64,000 nt of DNA from Callorhinchus milii (Eukaryota): the NCBI RefSeq assembly GCF_018977255.1, contig NW_024704743.1, forward strand, positions 12,960,001-13,024,000, given 5' to 3'. How positions within the stretch are numbered: the first letter of the stretch is position 1; each line of letters starts with the position of its first letter. Of the stretch, positions 1 to 13,896 are shown piece by piece. The position numbers and the translations under genes are program-made. The notes below the pieces were generated by a model. That model saw only the letters and a program-made list of their open reading frames with translations. It did not search any database and was not told where the DNA came from.

Positions 1-1020
1 GTGTCATCCGCAAACTTGGAAATTGTACTCCCTATACCCAAGTCCAGGTCATTTATATAGATCAAAAACAGCAGTGGTCCCAATACCAACTCCTGGTGGA
101 CACTTCCTTCCAGTCAGAAAAACAACCGTTCGCCACCACTCTCTGTTTTCTGTCTTCCATTTTTCTGTACCCATGCTGCCACTGTCCCTTTAGTACTGTG
201 GGCTTCTATTTTGCTTACAAGTCTCTTATATGGACTTTATCAAACAACTTTTGAAAATCCATATAAACTACATCAACTGCATTACCTTCATCCACCCGCT
301 CTGTTACTTCATCAAAAAATTCGATCAAGTTTGTTAGACATGATTTGCCTTTAACAAATCCATGTTGGCTGTCCTTTATTAACCCATATTTTTCAAAGTG
401 AAAATTTATTTTGTCCCGGATTATAGTCTCTAGAAGTTTCCCCACTATTGACATTAGGCTGACTGGCCTGTAGTTCCTGGGCTAACATTTGCAACCCTCC
501 AGTCCTCTGGCACCACCCCAGTATTCAAGGAGGATTGAAAGATTGTAGCCAGAGCCTCTATTATTTTCATCCTTACTTCCCTCAGTAACCGAGGATGCAT
601 CTCGCCCGGACTGGATGGCTTATCTACCTTGAGCACCAACAAACTTTTTAGTACCTCCTCTCGATTTATTCAAATCTTATCCAATTTCTCTACCCTCTCC
701 TCCAATACTGTGGCATTGTTTGCATCCTCTTCTTTTGTGAAGACAGATGCAAAGTTCACATTCAGTACATCAGCTATGCCCTCTGCCTCCACAAGAAGGA
801 GGTCCCTAATTGGTCCCTAATTGGACCCACCCTACTTTTGATTATCCTTTTATTCTTTATATGCTTATAAAATACCTTCGGGTTCCCTTTCATGTTACCC
901 GCTAATCTTTTCTCATAGAAGCTCTTTAACCCTCTTATTTCCTTTTTCAGTTCTCCTCTGTACTTTCTATATTCTATTTGATTATCTTCTGTATTGTGGA
1001 TCTGACTTTTATCATAAAAT
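1..1020 (-). mobile_element. CR1-clade LINE fragment (ORF2 reverse transcriptase, frameshifted)
   Basis: ORFs 215-454 and 454-642 translate to typical CR1 ORF2 motifs (VPEDWRVANV, SQHGFVKGKSCLTNLIEFFDEV, VDVVYMDFQK); frameshifts and deletions present; runs off the window start. Confidence 0.9.
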
Positions 1021-1222
1021 AGGAACCTGATTGTTAGTCAATTGGCGGATTGCTTTGTGGGATGTAATAATTCCTACAAAAATAAATTTAAAAAAATATT
1101 GTCACACAACCCACAACTATTTGTGGGACACTGCTGTGTGCAATTGGCTACCACGTTTCGCCCAATAAATATACAATCAATTCACTTTACAGTGTATTCT
1201 GTGAAGCACTTTGAGACATCTC
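1021..1222 (+). mobile_element. tRNA-headed SINE, 5'-truncated copy of the longer subfamily
   Basis: Contains aggaacc...gttagtcaattggc (also at 38940 and 60930) and the shared body ctgctgtgtgcaattggct...cactttacagt. Confidence 0.75.
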
Positions 1223-1489
1223 AACCAGCCTAGCTTCTGACCATCCATATCTCTTGTAGCATGTTTTCTTTCCTGTGCCAGGTCATCACCCCCATCCTTG
1301 ACCAACACCCTATCTCCCAGCTGATCAACGTTAAGATCTTTGCCCAGTGTTTTGGGACATCCTCCTGACGTAATATGTGCTATATATTGTTTTTCACCTT
1401 CAGATGCCTCCACAACCTTATCTGCAATTTCCTGTGATTCTAATCCATCCTAACACTCCTTTCACTCTGTTAACTCCACCTTGCTTTAT

Positions 1490-1753
1490 CTGTCTACTTC
1501 ACGGTCCCTACCTGCCAACCAACAGTGGACGAACCTTCAGCTACCTTACCCCTAGCCTCTGGAACTCTCACAAAATCCCTCCTTCTCGTCCCTTCTTTTC
1601 TGTTCTCAAATCCTACCTGAAGATTTACTTCTTTGATTGTACCTTCTGTCACCTCCCCCCAAATCCCTAGCTCCCTCGCACTCAGACTTTGTAAAGCACT
1701 TTGAGATGTTCTTCCAATGTGAATGGGCAATATAAGTGTAAATTGCTGTTGTT
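1490..1753 (+). mobile_element. L2-clade LINE 3' fragment
   Basis: Decayed L2 ORF2 end (RTFSYLTPSLWNS), pyrimidine-rich UTR, terminal stem-loop region and (TTG)n-like tail. Confidence 0.7.
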
Positions 1754-1944
1754 AGATGCAAACTCTATTTGAGGCATTTGTTAGAATTGCTTTTGGTCCA
1801 CAGAAACTAGATAGGATGTTGACATGGCATAATTCCAGTTACCGAAAGAAGATCTTGTCTACACAGTTCCTTATTATTGATCCTCATTACAAACTACCAC
1901 ATATAAGACGCCACTATCATCATCAGACAGACAGTACTACAACG

Positions 1945-2720
1945 GCAAGTTGCATGTATATAGCACCCTTTAAGCGGGGTAGAGTCCCGGAGCAATTGAC
2001 AGTGGCGGAGTCTTACCCCGAGCGAGGAGGGGGGAGGTGACCATAAGCACAATCAACAAGGAAGGTATTTAGGTGGATTTGAAAGTGGCGAGCAAGACTG
2101 AGGGATTGAGGAAGAGAGTTGCAGAGTTTCGACGCATAATGGCTCAAGGCATGGCCATCGGTGGTTGAGCAGAGGGGATGAGGGACAAACAGGAGGCTGG
2201 AGCCAGCCAAGCAGAAGTAGCAAGTGGTCGAGTGGGCGGTAAGCAAATCAGATAGGTAGGGAGGTGCAAGAACATGAAGGGATTTGAAAATGAGCGAGAG
2301 GATCTTGAAATTGATCCATTCAGTAATTCGGAGCCAGTGGAGCCTGGGATGGACTGGTGTGATGAGGTCCGGAGTTTTGCTACCTCTGCTTGGCTGGCTC
2401 CGGCCTCCTGTTTGTCCCTCATCCCCTCTGCTCGACCACCGATGGCCATACCTTGAGCCGTTATGCGCCGAAACTCTGGAACTCTCTTCCTCAATCCCTC
2501 AGTCTTGCTCACTGACTTGCCACTTTCAAATCCTACCTAAATACCTTCCTTGTTCCTTGTGAGAATCCAGGCAATGGGGTTCTGGATTAGTTATATTTTG
2601 CATATTGTGAAACTGGGGAGACCAGCGAGGAGAGCATTGGAATAGTCCAGCTGGGAAGTGCCAACGAGGATTTCGGCTGTTTTTGTTGTGAGGCAAGGTG
2701 ATGGAGTTGAAAAGAGCGGT
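1945..2720 (-). mobile_element. L2-clade LINE 3' fragment with an internal inverted copy
   Basis: Similar to the L2 at 40598-41450 (ORF2 end HALSHYASKLCNSLP); 2377-2554 is an inverted copy of 2055-2223. Confidence 0.8.
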
Positions 2721-2829
2721 CCTATATTGTACTATAGTGCTGCTAGCGTCTCCAATGCTTGTTCACTCTCTGGTTCAGAAGCAGGAAAGAAAAGGGGCAA
2801 AAATAGGGATCCTCTAGCTGTAGATCTTC

Positions 2830-3309
2830 AGATGAGACATTCAGCCTCTCTGCCCCCACGCTTTGAAACTCCCTCCCACATTCCCTTTGCCTCGCTCTGT
2901 CCCTTGCCTCCTTCAAGGCCTGTCTCAAGACCCTCCTCTTCGACCGTGCCTTCGGCTACGCTCCTAAACTCCCTGCCTCTCACCCTCCCTGATCCCAACC
3001 CCGCCCCCATGCTCGGTCCAAATCCCTGACTGCGTAGCGCCTTGGGACATCCTCCCAATTTGAAAGATACTGTACAAATGTAATTTTGTATTTGGATTAA
3101 ACCAAGGTCCCACATGTCTGGTCAGGTGGATACTAAAGATGATATGACTCTATTCGAAAAGAGATATTTCTGTGCATAATTATGCTGCTGTATTCACCTA
3201 CAAATACACAATCACGCCATTTCACAGTAAAATGCAGTGAAGTGCTTTGGGACATCCTCCTGGCATGAAAGGCGCTATACCAAATATAATGATTATTGTT
3301 ATTATTATT
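2830..3309 (+). mobile_element. L2 3' fragment (2830-3091) followed by a Deu-SINE fragment (3098-3309)
   Basis: L2 end ttcagcctctctgcccccacgctttgaaactccctccc; then caggtggatactaaagat...ctattcgaaaagag and an (ATT)n tail. Confidence 0.7.
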
Positions 3310-4904
3310 TTTATCTTGACAACAGATCCTTCAAAGCACAAACCTGATTCCTGATTACCAGAAAGGAAATTTGCTTCTCCTCAAGGAGAAGCGGGATCAT
3401 CTCCAGTTTTTGTTTTAGCCCTATCGTTCAGATTGTTCCAGCTTCCCCTCACTTCTTTTCATTTGCTGCAAGTAACACTTATATTAACCTCACTAAAATG
3501 TCATTTGTTCTAATAGTCCCTTAACCATCAATGCAAATAATTATAGCTGATTCTGTAGACCTTTTCATTGGTTACTTATACAATTCAGGACTGTATGTGT
3601 TTGCACACGGTTGCGCCCCAGGGGCTGTTAAACCCAACTCATATCAATAGCAGAAGGTAGTGAACATCAATAGATGTTTATGTGGGCCAGGCGTGCTTTG
3701 TGTTAAACCTCGTTGAAATATTTTCAATCAGGGATTCTTTTGTTGAAAGGTGTATATTGAGATCAGCGATCAGGAAGATTAATGCAATCAGAGTCTCCTG
3801 GTTCATTGCTGAAAGTGTGGACAATATGGGTATTTGTGAAGTGATGGTTGAATTACTTCTATCAATCATTGTGCAGCCTTATTAAAACTGTGGTTCTTGA
3901 GATACATCATTGTAAACCTGATGTCATGGATAAGTCACAAGCTGTACAAGCAATGACCAGAGAACAAGGCTGTGTACAGTTTAGGGTCTTATTATTATTA
4001 TTATAATTATTAAGTGTCTCTGATCAAGTAGGACCAAAATACTTGGCATCAAAATGCAAAAGCACATTTGAGACTTTCCATTGTTTCTCTGCACAATTTA
4101 CCTCAAAGCATATTTGTTTAAAAGAATTACAGAAAATCTTCTCTATAATTGATCATTTGGGTTAGAATCATGCTGTCAGAGAGTTCACATCTACAGACAA
4201 TGCAACATACATGGTCTCACTTGGCTTACAAACCCTCTTTAAAATTAGTACTGGAAAACCCAGTGATATTTTATAGCAAGTCTCACAGAATCAAACTGAA
4301 AGAAAAAAACTGATTTAGTACATTGCCTTCTTTCTTTTTTCATATACAGCAGCTCACAACAAGGTGAGCCAGTTCAGTCAGAAACAGAACACTTTGAGAT
4401 GTTGTGGTGTACAAGAGGTGAAATTCCATTGCACGTTAAATCAATGCTTCAAATCAATTGTACGTTTTTCAAAGCATGCCTTCTATATTGTATACAATGG
4501 GTTTTGTTAGTTATTTTTGCCAACTTGAAATGGTCAGTGAGATGGGGACATGAAAAATATCTCTTTGGCCCCGGGTGAGCATCAGGTCTTGTGGGTGGTC
4601 ATGGATGTGGGTGGCAGAGTTGATTTAGAAGGAGAGGCTGTGAGAGGAGAGCAGGAAGCAGATGTAGAAGAAAAAGGAGTGAAGTGGCAGTTAAAGTCAA
4701 GATAATGAAGAGTTCGCAACAGATGGAGGGTGGAGATGTCAGAGAGGAAAGTGGAGGAGGGTTTGGGGGTAATATAGATAAGGATTTTTAAGGAGAAATT
4801 GGAGGGATCTTAGAGAGTAAGGTGCACAAATGAGGAAAGGATACAGAGGAGTGAGGGGACAGACCCAGTGAGGACCTGGAGATGAGGGGCACACCACAAC
4901 CACC

Positions 4905-5090
4905 ACCACGGTTGGTGGTGGTATTTTTCCTGTCTGCCTCTTAACGGCCACCTCAACAGGCAGATGGGATCCCAGGTTAACATTTCACTGGAAGGATGAC
5001 TTCCAACTATGCAACACCCTCTTAGCAATGGACTGGAAAGTTAGCGAAAATTATGATCTTAAAATCTCGATGAATACTGATCCTTATGAT
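4905..5090 (-). mobile_element. Deu-domain (SacSINE1/AmnSINE1-like) SINE fragment
   Basis: Reverse complement resembles the ggaggtgccatctttcggatgagacgttaaacc...caggtgg block of the 49095-49510 copy. Confidence 0.55.
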
Positions 5091-8000
5091 ATGTGAGGCA
5101 CATGGGTTGAGTGAATGATTTCTTGAGTCTTTTATTTATTATTATAAGTAGGATGAGGCTACCGCTGACTATACATGGCTGAGTGAAGAGATGCGATTAA
5201 CCTCCAGATCCAAGAATATTGTTGTTGTGATTTCTAATTGTTTCCTTTCCTATGGGTTCCACCATCTTTCACTAATCACTGAACCAAAACATTTCTCCTT
5301 TGATTCTGGATGGCTGAAGTTTGAAATTAGTTTCTGATATTTGAAATCTATCACCTAGCCACTGTGCATGATAATGAAAGACTTTATATATACAGACCAG
5401 GCTCTGTGATTATTTTATTCTTATTATATGAATTGCAATTGTTGGACTTTATCACACAAATTATCCACAAATGCCCTTGTGATTGAAATTGTGGATAACT
5501 ATTCTAATGATACATCCAAGTTGTTGCTCAGGCATCAATATGTTACAGTGGTTATTTTATAAGTAGGAAAGATAACTCATGAATGCCATAGAGTAAATTA
5601 TTGTTCCATTTGACTGAATATTGCTGAAGATTTTACAGTTGCATTATTTATTCTATGCAACATTTGACATGAAGGCCAGTAACTGGGCTTTTGTCTTAAT
5701 GCAAACATGATCCTATTTGTCCAGTAATCTATCCCTAACAAATTTACTGAAGAAATTAGAGGACGAATAAGGGTAGTGTGATCAATATTAAATGTCTTGA
5801 CTTTCAAAGAGGATGATTTCCCAAATGCTGTAGTGGTATTTTGTACAATGATATTCGACTGCATGTTGAATGATATGCCAGTTGAGAGGTATTAATACCA
5901 ATTTCAATATAGGTTTTATACATAGTTATACCAGTGGAGAGATAATCTAACAGGCAATTATTGATCATGGTAGTGGTGGTGGTCCAGGGAAAGGTTGGGG
6001 GGTGGTGGGGTGAGACTCGCACAAGTCCAAACACCTTAAGCAATGTTGTCAATTGTTAATAATTCCCTGGCGCTCTCTGCTGGAGTTAAACGCCTGTTTA
6101 ACATCCAAAATCTACATGACAGATTTTGTTACAAAAATACCTATCAGTTAAAATGAATGTACATACAAATCTGATGTGTGCTAAGATTGATGGGTTTTGC
6201 AATTAAATAATGCACATAGCAAACCCTCTTTGTTTCACATTATTCTGTAAGCACACATCAGACATGCTAGTCAAGTGGATTAGTTACACAGACAAGTAAG
6301 ATGTTGCAAATACACAGGTCAAGACATTATATACATTGGTAACATAATTCCAACAAGAAGAACAACAAATTGCATTTATATAGAGCCTTTCACGTTGGGA
6401 GGACATCCTAATGTGTAGGATAGTGAAGGGTTTTCAGTGAATGACAGTATATTACTGATCCTAAAAAGTGCATTGTGACTGAACTTTCCGGGAATAGTAG
6501 CAGGTAATCCTGGAAAGTGAACAGACATAGTGGTGGCCTGGCTCCCTGAAAGGCTCAGGATTTTCTAGTAAAATGAGGGCACTGAGTCATGGACCGCTGA
6601 GGGCAGGATCTGGACAGTGATTGACTATCGTAGCTTTCAGTCATCGGGGAGGGCAGGCTCTGAGCTATGATTGACTTGTTCCATGCTACACTCACCCTTC
6701 GGACAATAATTGCAGGGGTGCTCGGGAACCATTCATGGGAGCACTCGGGAAGTTTCCTGATTTCCCGTATAGCCAGTCAACCCTGAACAGACAATATCCG
6801 AAGGGGGTCCAATCCCAATCATAAATGAACTGTGAACAGTGTATTTACTGGGACTGAGAACAGAGTTTTCTTCTTTTTAACACTTTCTGGATTTCTAACT
6901 GTAACCTTGATACAACAGTTGCATCTGTCAGCAGTAGAGTATATTAGCTTACAGAAATCAGGTGCCTTGCAAAAAAAACTTACACATTTCCAATTGATAA
7001 ATCTATGGCAGAAAGTTTATGAGTCAAGTAAATCAATTCATTAAATGTACTCTTGTTCACAATAACAGTAACTTGAGCTTACATTGCATTTTTCATGTAG
7101 GATAATAATAATAATCCTTACATTTGCTACAATGCCTTTCATGCTGGGAGAGTGTCTCAAAGCGCTTTACAAGATATATTGTAAAGCCTAGTTTCAGTGT
7201 ATTTTGTAGGCAAATATGACAACCAATCTGTGCACAGCAATGTCCTCAAAAGGCAGTGAAGTGTCCTATGACTTGTAATGTTTGAAATAATTTTACTGTA
7301 TGGTAAAACAGTTGCCCCCGTGTGGCCTAGAGGAAATTAAACTAATTAGGTTTAATCTGGGATTTGGTGACCAAGATAACATTTTGAAGCACTTTACAAA
7401 CCAATGAGAATCACAGAGCAGGAAAACTGGGGTTTGAAGATGTTGACCAAGCACCTGGGCAAACAGATTTGGTTTTAAGAGGGTTTTGAAGGTGCCCTTT
7501 TCTGTAGTCTCCAGCACCTTCCCCAAATAAGAGCTCTATTTTGGTTTTCTACCATGATAATTATCGAGCTAGCCTGTAGTGAGAGGTACAAGATAGGACC
7601 TTCAATGTTCTTTTGTTCATTGTGAGGATCTCCTTGGCTGAGATGAAAACAATTCTCTGTGAGCAATTATAGGAGAGAAGACGCCTCTCATCCTCCCAAG
7701 GTGCACCATGTTGGAGTGCCAAAACATTTCTCCATGTGGTGCCCTTAGAAAAATAACTTTTATCCATGCCTATGTCCAATACAAACTTTGAATGAAAGGA
7801 TTTAGTCTAAGTAAGTTCCTCTTCAATGAATTAGAGTATATTTAATGAAAATTGGTTTGTTAACGGTATTTCCTTAAATATCCCCCCAAAAATGTATTTT
7901 GCAATGAATGCTTTATGCTTCCTGAAAAGTCATCCACACAGATTAGTCCATGTCTGGAACATGAATGTATAATTGAACAATGAGTTTCCCAAGTCTGTCT

Positions 8001-10569
8001 GCACAAGCACTTCTTCAGTATTGAGTGCTGATTCCTAAAGTGTGTGTGTTCTGCAACACTGAAAACATCGTAATAAACCATTCCAAATAAAAGTTGTCAT
8101 GGACAGTAATCTGTTGATGTCGGTAAATTATTGGAAAGCCATAGGAAAATGACTAGAAGATGAAAATAAATGTGCATGCTGTGTGTTTTTTTTATTACCC
8201 AAGGCTATGACTGATGGGATTTAGGTTCATGCAAGCATTCAGTTCTTTTTCACAAAAAGAGGTTATATTGATTTTTCTTCAAACAAAGGATTGTTACAAT
8301 ATTGAATGCTTTAACACAACTGGCTATCAAGCTGAGTTCAGAATACTTAAATTGGAATGGGATGATAACTTGAGGATAAAATATCATTATAATAATATAA
8401 TAATTCTTGCACTTGATTTTGCGCCTCATCACATCATCAAGATGTCTCAAAGTGCTTCACAGGATATACTTTAAAGTGGATTACTGTGTATTTTATGGGC
8501 AAAATGCCCACAAATCAGAAGATATGAAGAAATCCTATCTTCTGATTTGTGAATAGAATTAAAAGTAGACAGGTCCAGTGGAGGAGGTTGCACCAGCACT
8601 GACATGATGGATTGAAGATTTCTTTGCTGTAAATCTTCTATGATTCGAAGATAACTTCCACTATGTTATAACTGTTATTACAGCTCTGAGTTTTACTCAA
8701 CTTAGATGCTGCTGTTACAACACACTTCAAAATTGTTCAATATTGTCTGATCATTCAGAAAGATTGAAATCTACATTTCATAGCAGAGGTGTGAGCTACA
8801 CCAAATAAACATTTAACTGTGATGGAAATATGCCTACCAACTCTCCAGTTAAAAAGCTAGTTACCATAATTTAATATTTGATTATTATTTTTTTCCATAG
8901 CAAAGATGAGGTAATGATAGAATTCAAACACAACTGTTGCTTTGTTTATCTGAAAAAGAGCAATTCCATTCATGCTTTGTCACTTATTTATGCTCAAAAG
9001 AAGCATGAAATGAGATAAGCATAAAGTTAGCAGGAGGCACCTTGATTTAGGTCAAATTTCTGCTTTAAAAATGCTTTGGTGTGAGTTTCCTAGCGTCAGT
9101 GCTATCAAGAGGATATCTTTATGAAAGAGATTTGGGCTCTCCTTTATTTGTTCACAGGTAAATGACATACCTCAGTCATGTCCAGTGGAGGAGGTGGCGC
9201 CAGCACTGACATGTTGAAATACAATTTAAATCATTTACTTGTGTGATTGTCATTGTGACATTGTAAACATCTTCATCCTCAAGCTTAGGAAAATGTTTTG
9301 AAACACTTTTTTTTAATGAAGACCAGGCCCATTTAAAATGCTTCCATTTGTCTATCCTTTGGATACAAAACTCACCCAATCATCATTCGTTCAAATAGCA
9401 CTAAAGCCAATCTATTGTCTAGAAATAAATCGCATGTCCATTGTAATAGTTCTCTGCTTTGTATTTGATGGAAAGGGAGGCAGAAACAATAGCTTTAGTT
9501 TTTGCTGCTGGCCTTTCCTCATTTTATAGTTCATGTAATGAGCTACTGCACATCGCTCTTTTGATGTAAATGATGATGTTACTACATGCACTGAAGGATC
9601 TATCACTGCTGACAAAGACAGAGGTTCATATATCAAATCCCAGTGGAGATATAGTGACTGTCATTGCTGATAGGACAAAAGCTATTACAAAGGCGGGGAG
9701 GTTGCTTGAAGCTTGGTAACATTTCCTTTTCTGTTGTCTCACGGCAAATGATTGTGACTTTATAAATCTGCCATTTATGAGATAGTACTGGTGTACACTT
9801 TCAAGTGAATTCTTTTCATTGTTGAAACAAAATTGTCACGTAGGGGCGAACTAAGCAATCTAGGCAGTGTGTATTGTTGGGATTCAATACCAACTCTCCT
9901 GTGAATCATGTGCAATATTGTCATACTTTTGGAGCCCTACATTTCTCATGAGCTTAAAATTTCTTAAATTGTCTTAAAATGCAAGCTTGTGCAGAATATT
10001 GGAAAACAGTCTTAAAATCAGTTTTAAATTGGAAGCTGAATTTCCACAGTTCTTTTTCAATACTATAAAAAATCATCTTCCAAATGAAAACTGAATTTAA
10101 GACTGCCTTTCTAAAATTTTGATAAATTCTTAAATGTTCATTAACATTTTAGGTCTCGAGTCTGCAAAGATGAAAACATTTAGTCTCCTGAGGCATAAGG
10201 AACAGAGATTTTACTTGTTATTTTTACACTATACCCATTTCTATTTGACCTGCCTAGTGAACCAAGATGCTGTTAGGTCTGATTTAGTAATCTGGGAATT
10301 GCCTCACTCCAAGACTGAACTATTGCAACAAATTGCTTTGAGATGCCAGTGCTGTCATGTACAACAAACTTCTCACGCAGCAGCAAGGAAATGGGAGATT
10401 TCTGATAAGAAGAGGACTTTTGACCACACAGTTACAAACTTACATTTCAATGATTAATAAACTAGTTTTCTCAACTGTTCAAAGTACAAGCAGCAAAAGT
10501 CTGTGCAATTTAGTTTTGAACTCCAAGCATCTATGCCGCTGTTAGTACAAATTTTGGCTCAACTTCCTG

Positions 10570-11150
10570 CATAGGTGGATAAGGCCGTAAAGAATGCAAA
10601 TAGATTCATGGGCTGTATGTCCAGAGAAATAGAATTCAAAAGGAAGGAAGGAAGGAAGGAAGGAAGGAAGGCAGGCAGGCAGGCAGGCAGGCAAACAAGC
10701 AATGTTAAACTTGTATAAAACTTTGGGTTTACCACATTTGGAGTTCTGGTGACCATACTATGAGAGGAGAAGGATATACAAAGGTGAGAGTGCAGATACA
10801 TTTACCAGAATATCACCAGGGGTGAGAGATACAATGATCAGGAGAGACTGGACAAGTTAAAGGTTTTTCCCAGGAGTGGAGACGGTTAAGAGGGGGACCT
10901 CATGGAGGCGTTAAAATTATGAAGAAGTTTCCTATGGTGAACATAATTGGACTGTTTCCATTTATTCCACTAACTCACATGAAGGGCGTTATACAAATGG
11001 AAATTGTTGTTGTTGTTAATTAGTCATAACAGAAAGGCATAAATAGAAGATAGACAAGAGTCGAACTATAAGGAGTTTTGGAGGATCTTCTTTACACCGA
11101 GAGTGGTGAGAATGTTGACCTTATTGCCAGAAGCCTTAGTTGAAATAGAA
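10570..11150 (+). mobile_element. Old CR1 LINE 3' fragment with an internal (GAAG)n(GCAG)n microsatellite
   Basis: Degenerate similarity to the CR1 at 39105-40033 (LNLYKTL, RVQ..FTR motifs); microsatellite at 10641-10692. Confidence 0.75.
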
Positions 11151-12159
11151 AGCACAATAACAACATAATTAGCTGTGAAGCACTTTGACATGTTTCAGTG
11201 TGATTAAAGTGCTATTAATTGTGAGTTCTTTCTTTTTTCTATTATGGCTCATGCGATCAAAGTTTCCTTATTCAGAACAATTTTAGTTTACACATAGAGT
11301 TCTTGGTATTTTACATAATATAATTTACACAGAGAGGTTCAAAATACAGTATTTACAACAAATTTGAAATGGATGAATAAATATTAAATCCTGCAGGTAA
11401 CCAGATGTATATTATGCTGACCCATAGAAATTTACAGCACAGAAAAGCCAATTCTGCAAGCTCTTCAAACCCTAAAGACCCAACCGCTCCTTTCACTCAG
11501 CCAGTGAGCACCAGTCTGTTTCACACCATTAGCTTTTGGGTTTTCACCATCAGTACACAGCAATCTAGAACACCATCCTGGAGTTCCTCTGATTTATTTC
11601 CTCCTTCACCTCATTTTGCAAGTGTAAATTTGTATTGTATTGCATTGCATTGTATTTGACCTATTGTGTCTGTGCTGTTTCTTGGGTAAATTCATTCTCA
11701 TTTACCAATTTTTACCCAATATCCAATGGAAACTCCACTTCAAAGTAATCTTCTGTGTGTAATGAAGTGGAGTATCCCTGGGTTAGCATTTTGTACATTT
11801 GGGGAATTTGCAGGATTCAATATTTACTAATCATTTTTAAATCCTACTGTGCAAATACTGTATTTTAGACTTTAGTGTTTCATTTGTCAACTATAACATT
11901 CAACAATTAATGTTGATCTGTTAAAAGTGCTCCACTCAAATGGTCCCAAGTTCTAGTAAGCAAACTCTCAAAGAGTTAATGTTAGTTTGCAATTTTTACT
12001 TGTGCCCGTTCATAGTGCTCAGACATTCTGGGAGAGGTATCTATCTTCCCAAAACGGGGAAGCACCAATCACAGCCTGGCATCTGAGAGCGGCTCTGACA
12101 GCCTAGTTAGGGAGATTAAGTGAATTAGTGAGATTAACCAGGTTTTGTGAGCCTACCAA

Positions 12160-12516
12160 CCCCATCCTCATTCAGCTCCATTGGCTCCCCCTTCCTCAGC
12201 AGATCGAGTTCAAGATTCTTGTGCTCACATTTAAATCCTTCTACAGTTTTGCCCCATCCTAACTCTGTGAGCTTCTTCAATCCAACCGACCCAATTGCTT
12301 CTTTCCTTGCATCGACCTGTTTCATGTCCCCCGCCGTACTGGCCCCACTCTCTGGAACTCCATCCCACAGTGAAATACTGACTTCTGACTCGCTCTCTCC
12401 CTCATCTCATTCAATGTCCATCTCAAGGTCATCTTTCCCCTCCCCACCTTCTCAGCTCCCATCCCCAGCTTGGATGCGCAGCCAATAAGGTGCTAAATAA
12501 ATGTAAATTTGTATTG
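12160..12516 (+). mobile_element. Old L2 3' fragment
   Basis: ctccattggctcccc...gagttcaagattc and ccccactctctggaactccatccc match L2 copies at 48285 and 37088. Confidence 0.7.
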
Positions 12517-13890
12517 TGTTAAGGAACTCACATCCGTTACATTGACACAAGGCGGAGGAGCTTCCCGAGGCCTAAGAGAATTATTCAACCCGATCAGGAA
12601 CCAACTAATTAGTGGAATGTGGTATGCTCAGTTGCCTTCAAAGGCCATGTACTCTGTCCACATCTTCTTTATCTGGTGGATTGTGCCAATAAGAACATAC
12701 CGTCTTGTCAATCTCAATTGTTTGCCATTAAAATTCTATTACAAACCATGGAACAATTCAAGGATTGATACATGAACTGCTGATACAGAGCCCTTTTGCT
12801 ATATCAGTAATAGTCTCAACAGCATGTGTACTGTATAGAGAAGATTCTACAATATTGTGATCACCCCATCAAAAGCAATCCAGCTATTGTACCCGGATAT
12901 GCTTATACTCTATTATTTAATGGTGCACTCGGAAAGCTTGCAATGTGAATGCACATTTTATGAATGGGTTTAATTTGTGGTATTTCTTAGCGGGATTCCT
13001 TAATCCAAGTCATGTAAATGGAGACTTTTTCTGTAAATATATCATGCTGTCCATGGGAACTCTGTTTCAGTGCGATCTACCTTAAATCTTAGATGCTGCA
13101 GAAGGTGGTATATTTGTCCAAATACATTCTGTTATAATTATATGGTAAACTGAAGCATACAACTGAACAGGAATGCCCTCTGAGACACACAACAAGGTCA
13201 ATGCACAGAGCTAAAAGAATACCTTTTTTAAACCGGACTTCCAGATCACCTCACAGTTTTAGAGGAGCACCTTTCAATCCAGTTTATTTAACAGAAAAAA
13301 TATAAATATGAATAGATAGGCCTTTCTAGTTTTTTAAAGAAAGTAATTGTAAAATATAAAAATACTTCTGGCATATTTTATTTGTAGGTGAATGCTTCTC
13401 TTTGTTTCATTTCCTCAAAATGTTGGAAAAGAAAAAAGTTTGCTACTTTAGGCCACCCGAGTCTCAGCATCAAGCAATGCCAGGTCAGTGTAGCACAGGA
13501 CAGATAGATAGTGAAGATTATTTGTCTCTATCTAACCAACATAACTTCTCTCCCACCCCCTAAAATCAGTAGAGCATATATGTGAATTTCCCATACACTA
13601 CACTCACCGACCTTATGAACTATTTCAGTGAGACTGCAGATTCTGTATTGAATAATGGATAATACTGTTCTGTAAAACAGAGTAGAAGAAGCCCAAGCTA
13701 ATTTTATATAGTGACTCTTACAGCCAGTGGAGTGATTACTGTCGGCCAGACAAAGGATATTACATAAATCATTTCCCAAGACTCCACTTTGATAGCTAGT
13801 GTCCAAAATATCTGTCGAGTTCAGTTTTCATTTTCCACGCCCCATCGTAAAAAAAGCCATGTACTTTCATATTCATATTAAATAAGAAGG

Positions 13891-13896
13891 TTTATT
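13891..13896 (-). terminator. EDN1: Probable EDN1 polyadenylation signal AATAAA
   Basis: tttatt on + strand, 1.3 kb after the stop codon, at the end of an AU-rich repeat-free stretch; an alternative AATAAA lies at 14271-14276. Confidence 0.6.

Noticed and set aside
6420..6790. GC-richer block ending in caaccctg, possibly a DNA transposon
   Set aside because: I could not find a matching left TIR or TSD.
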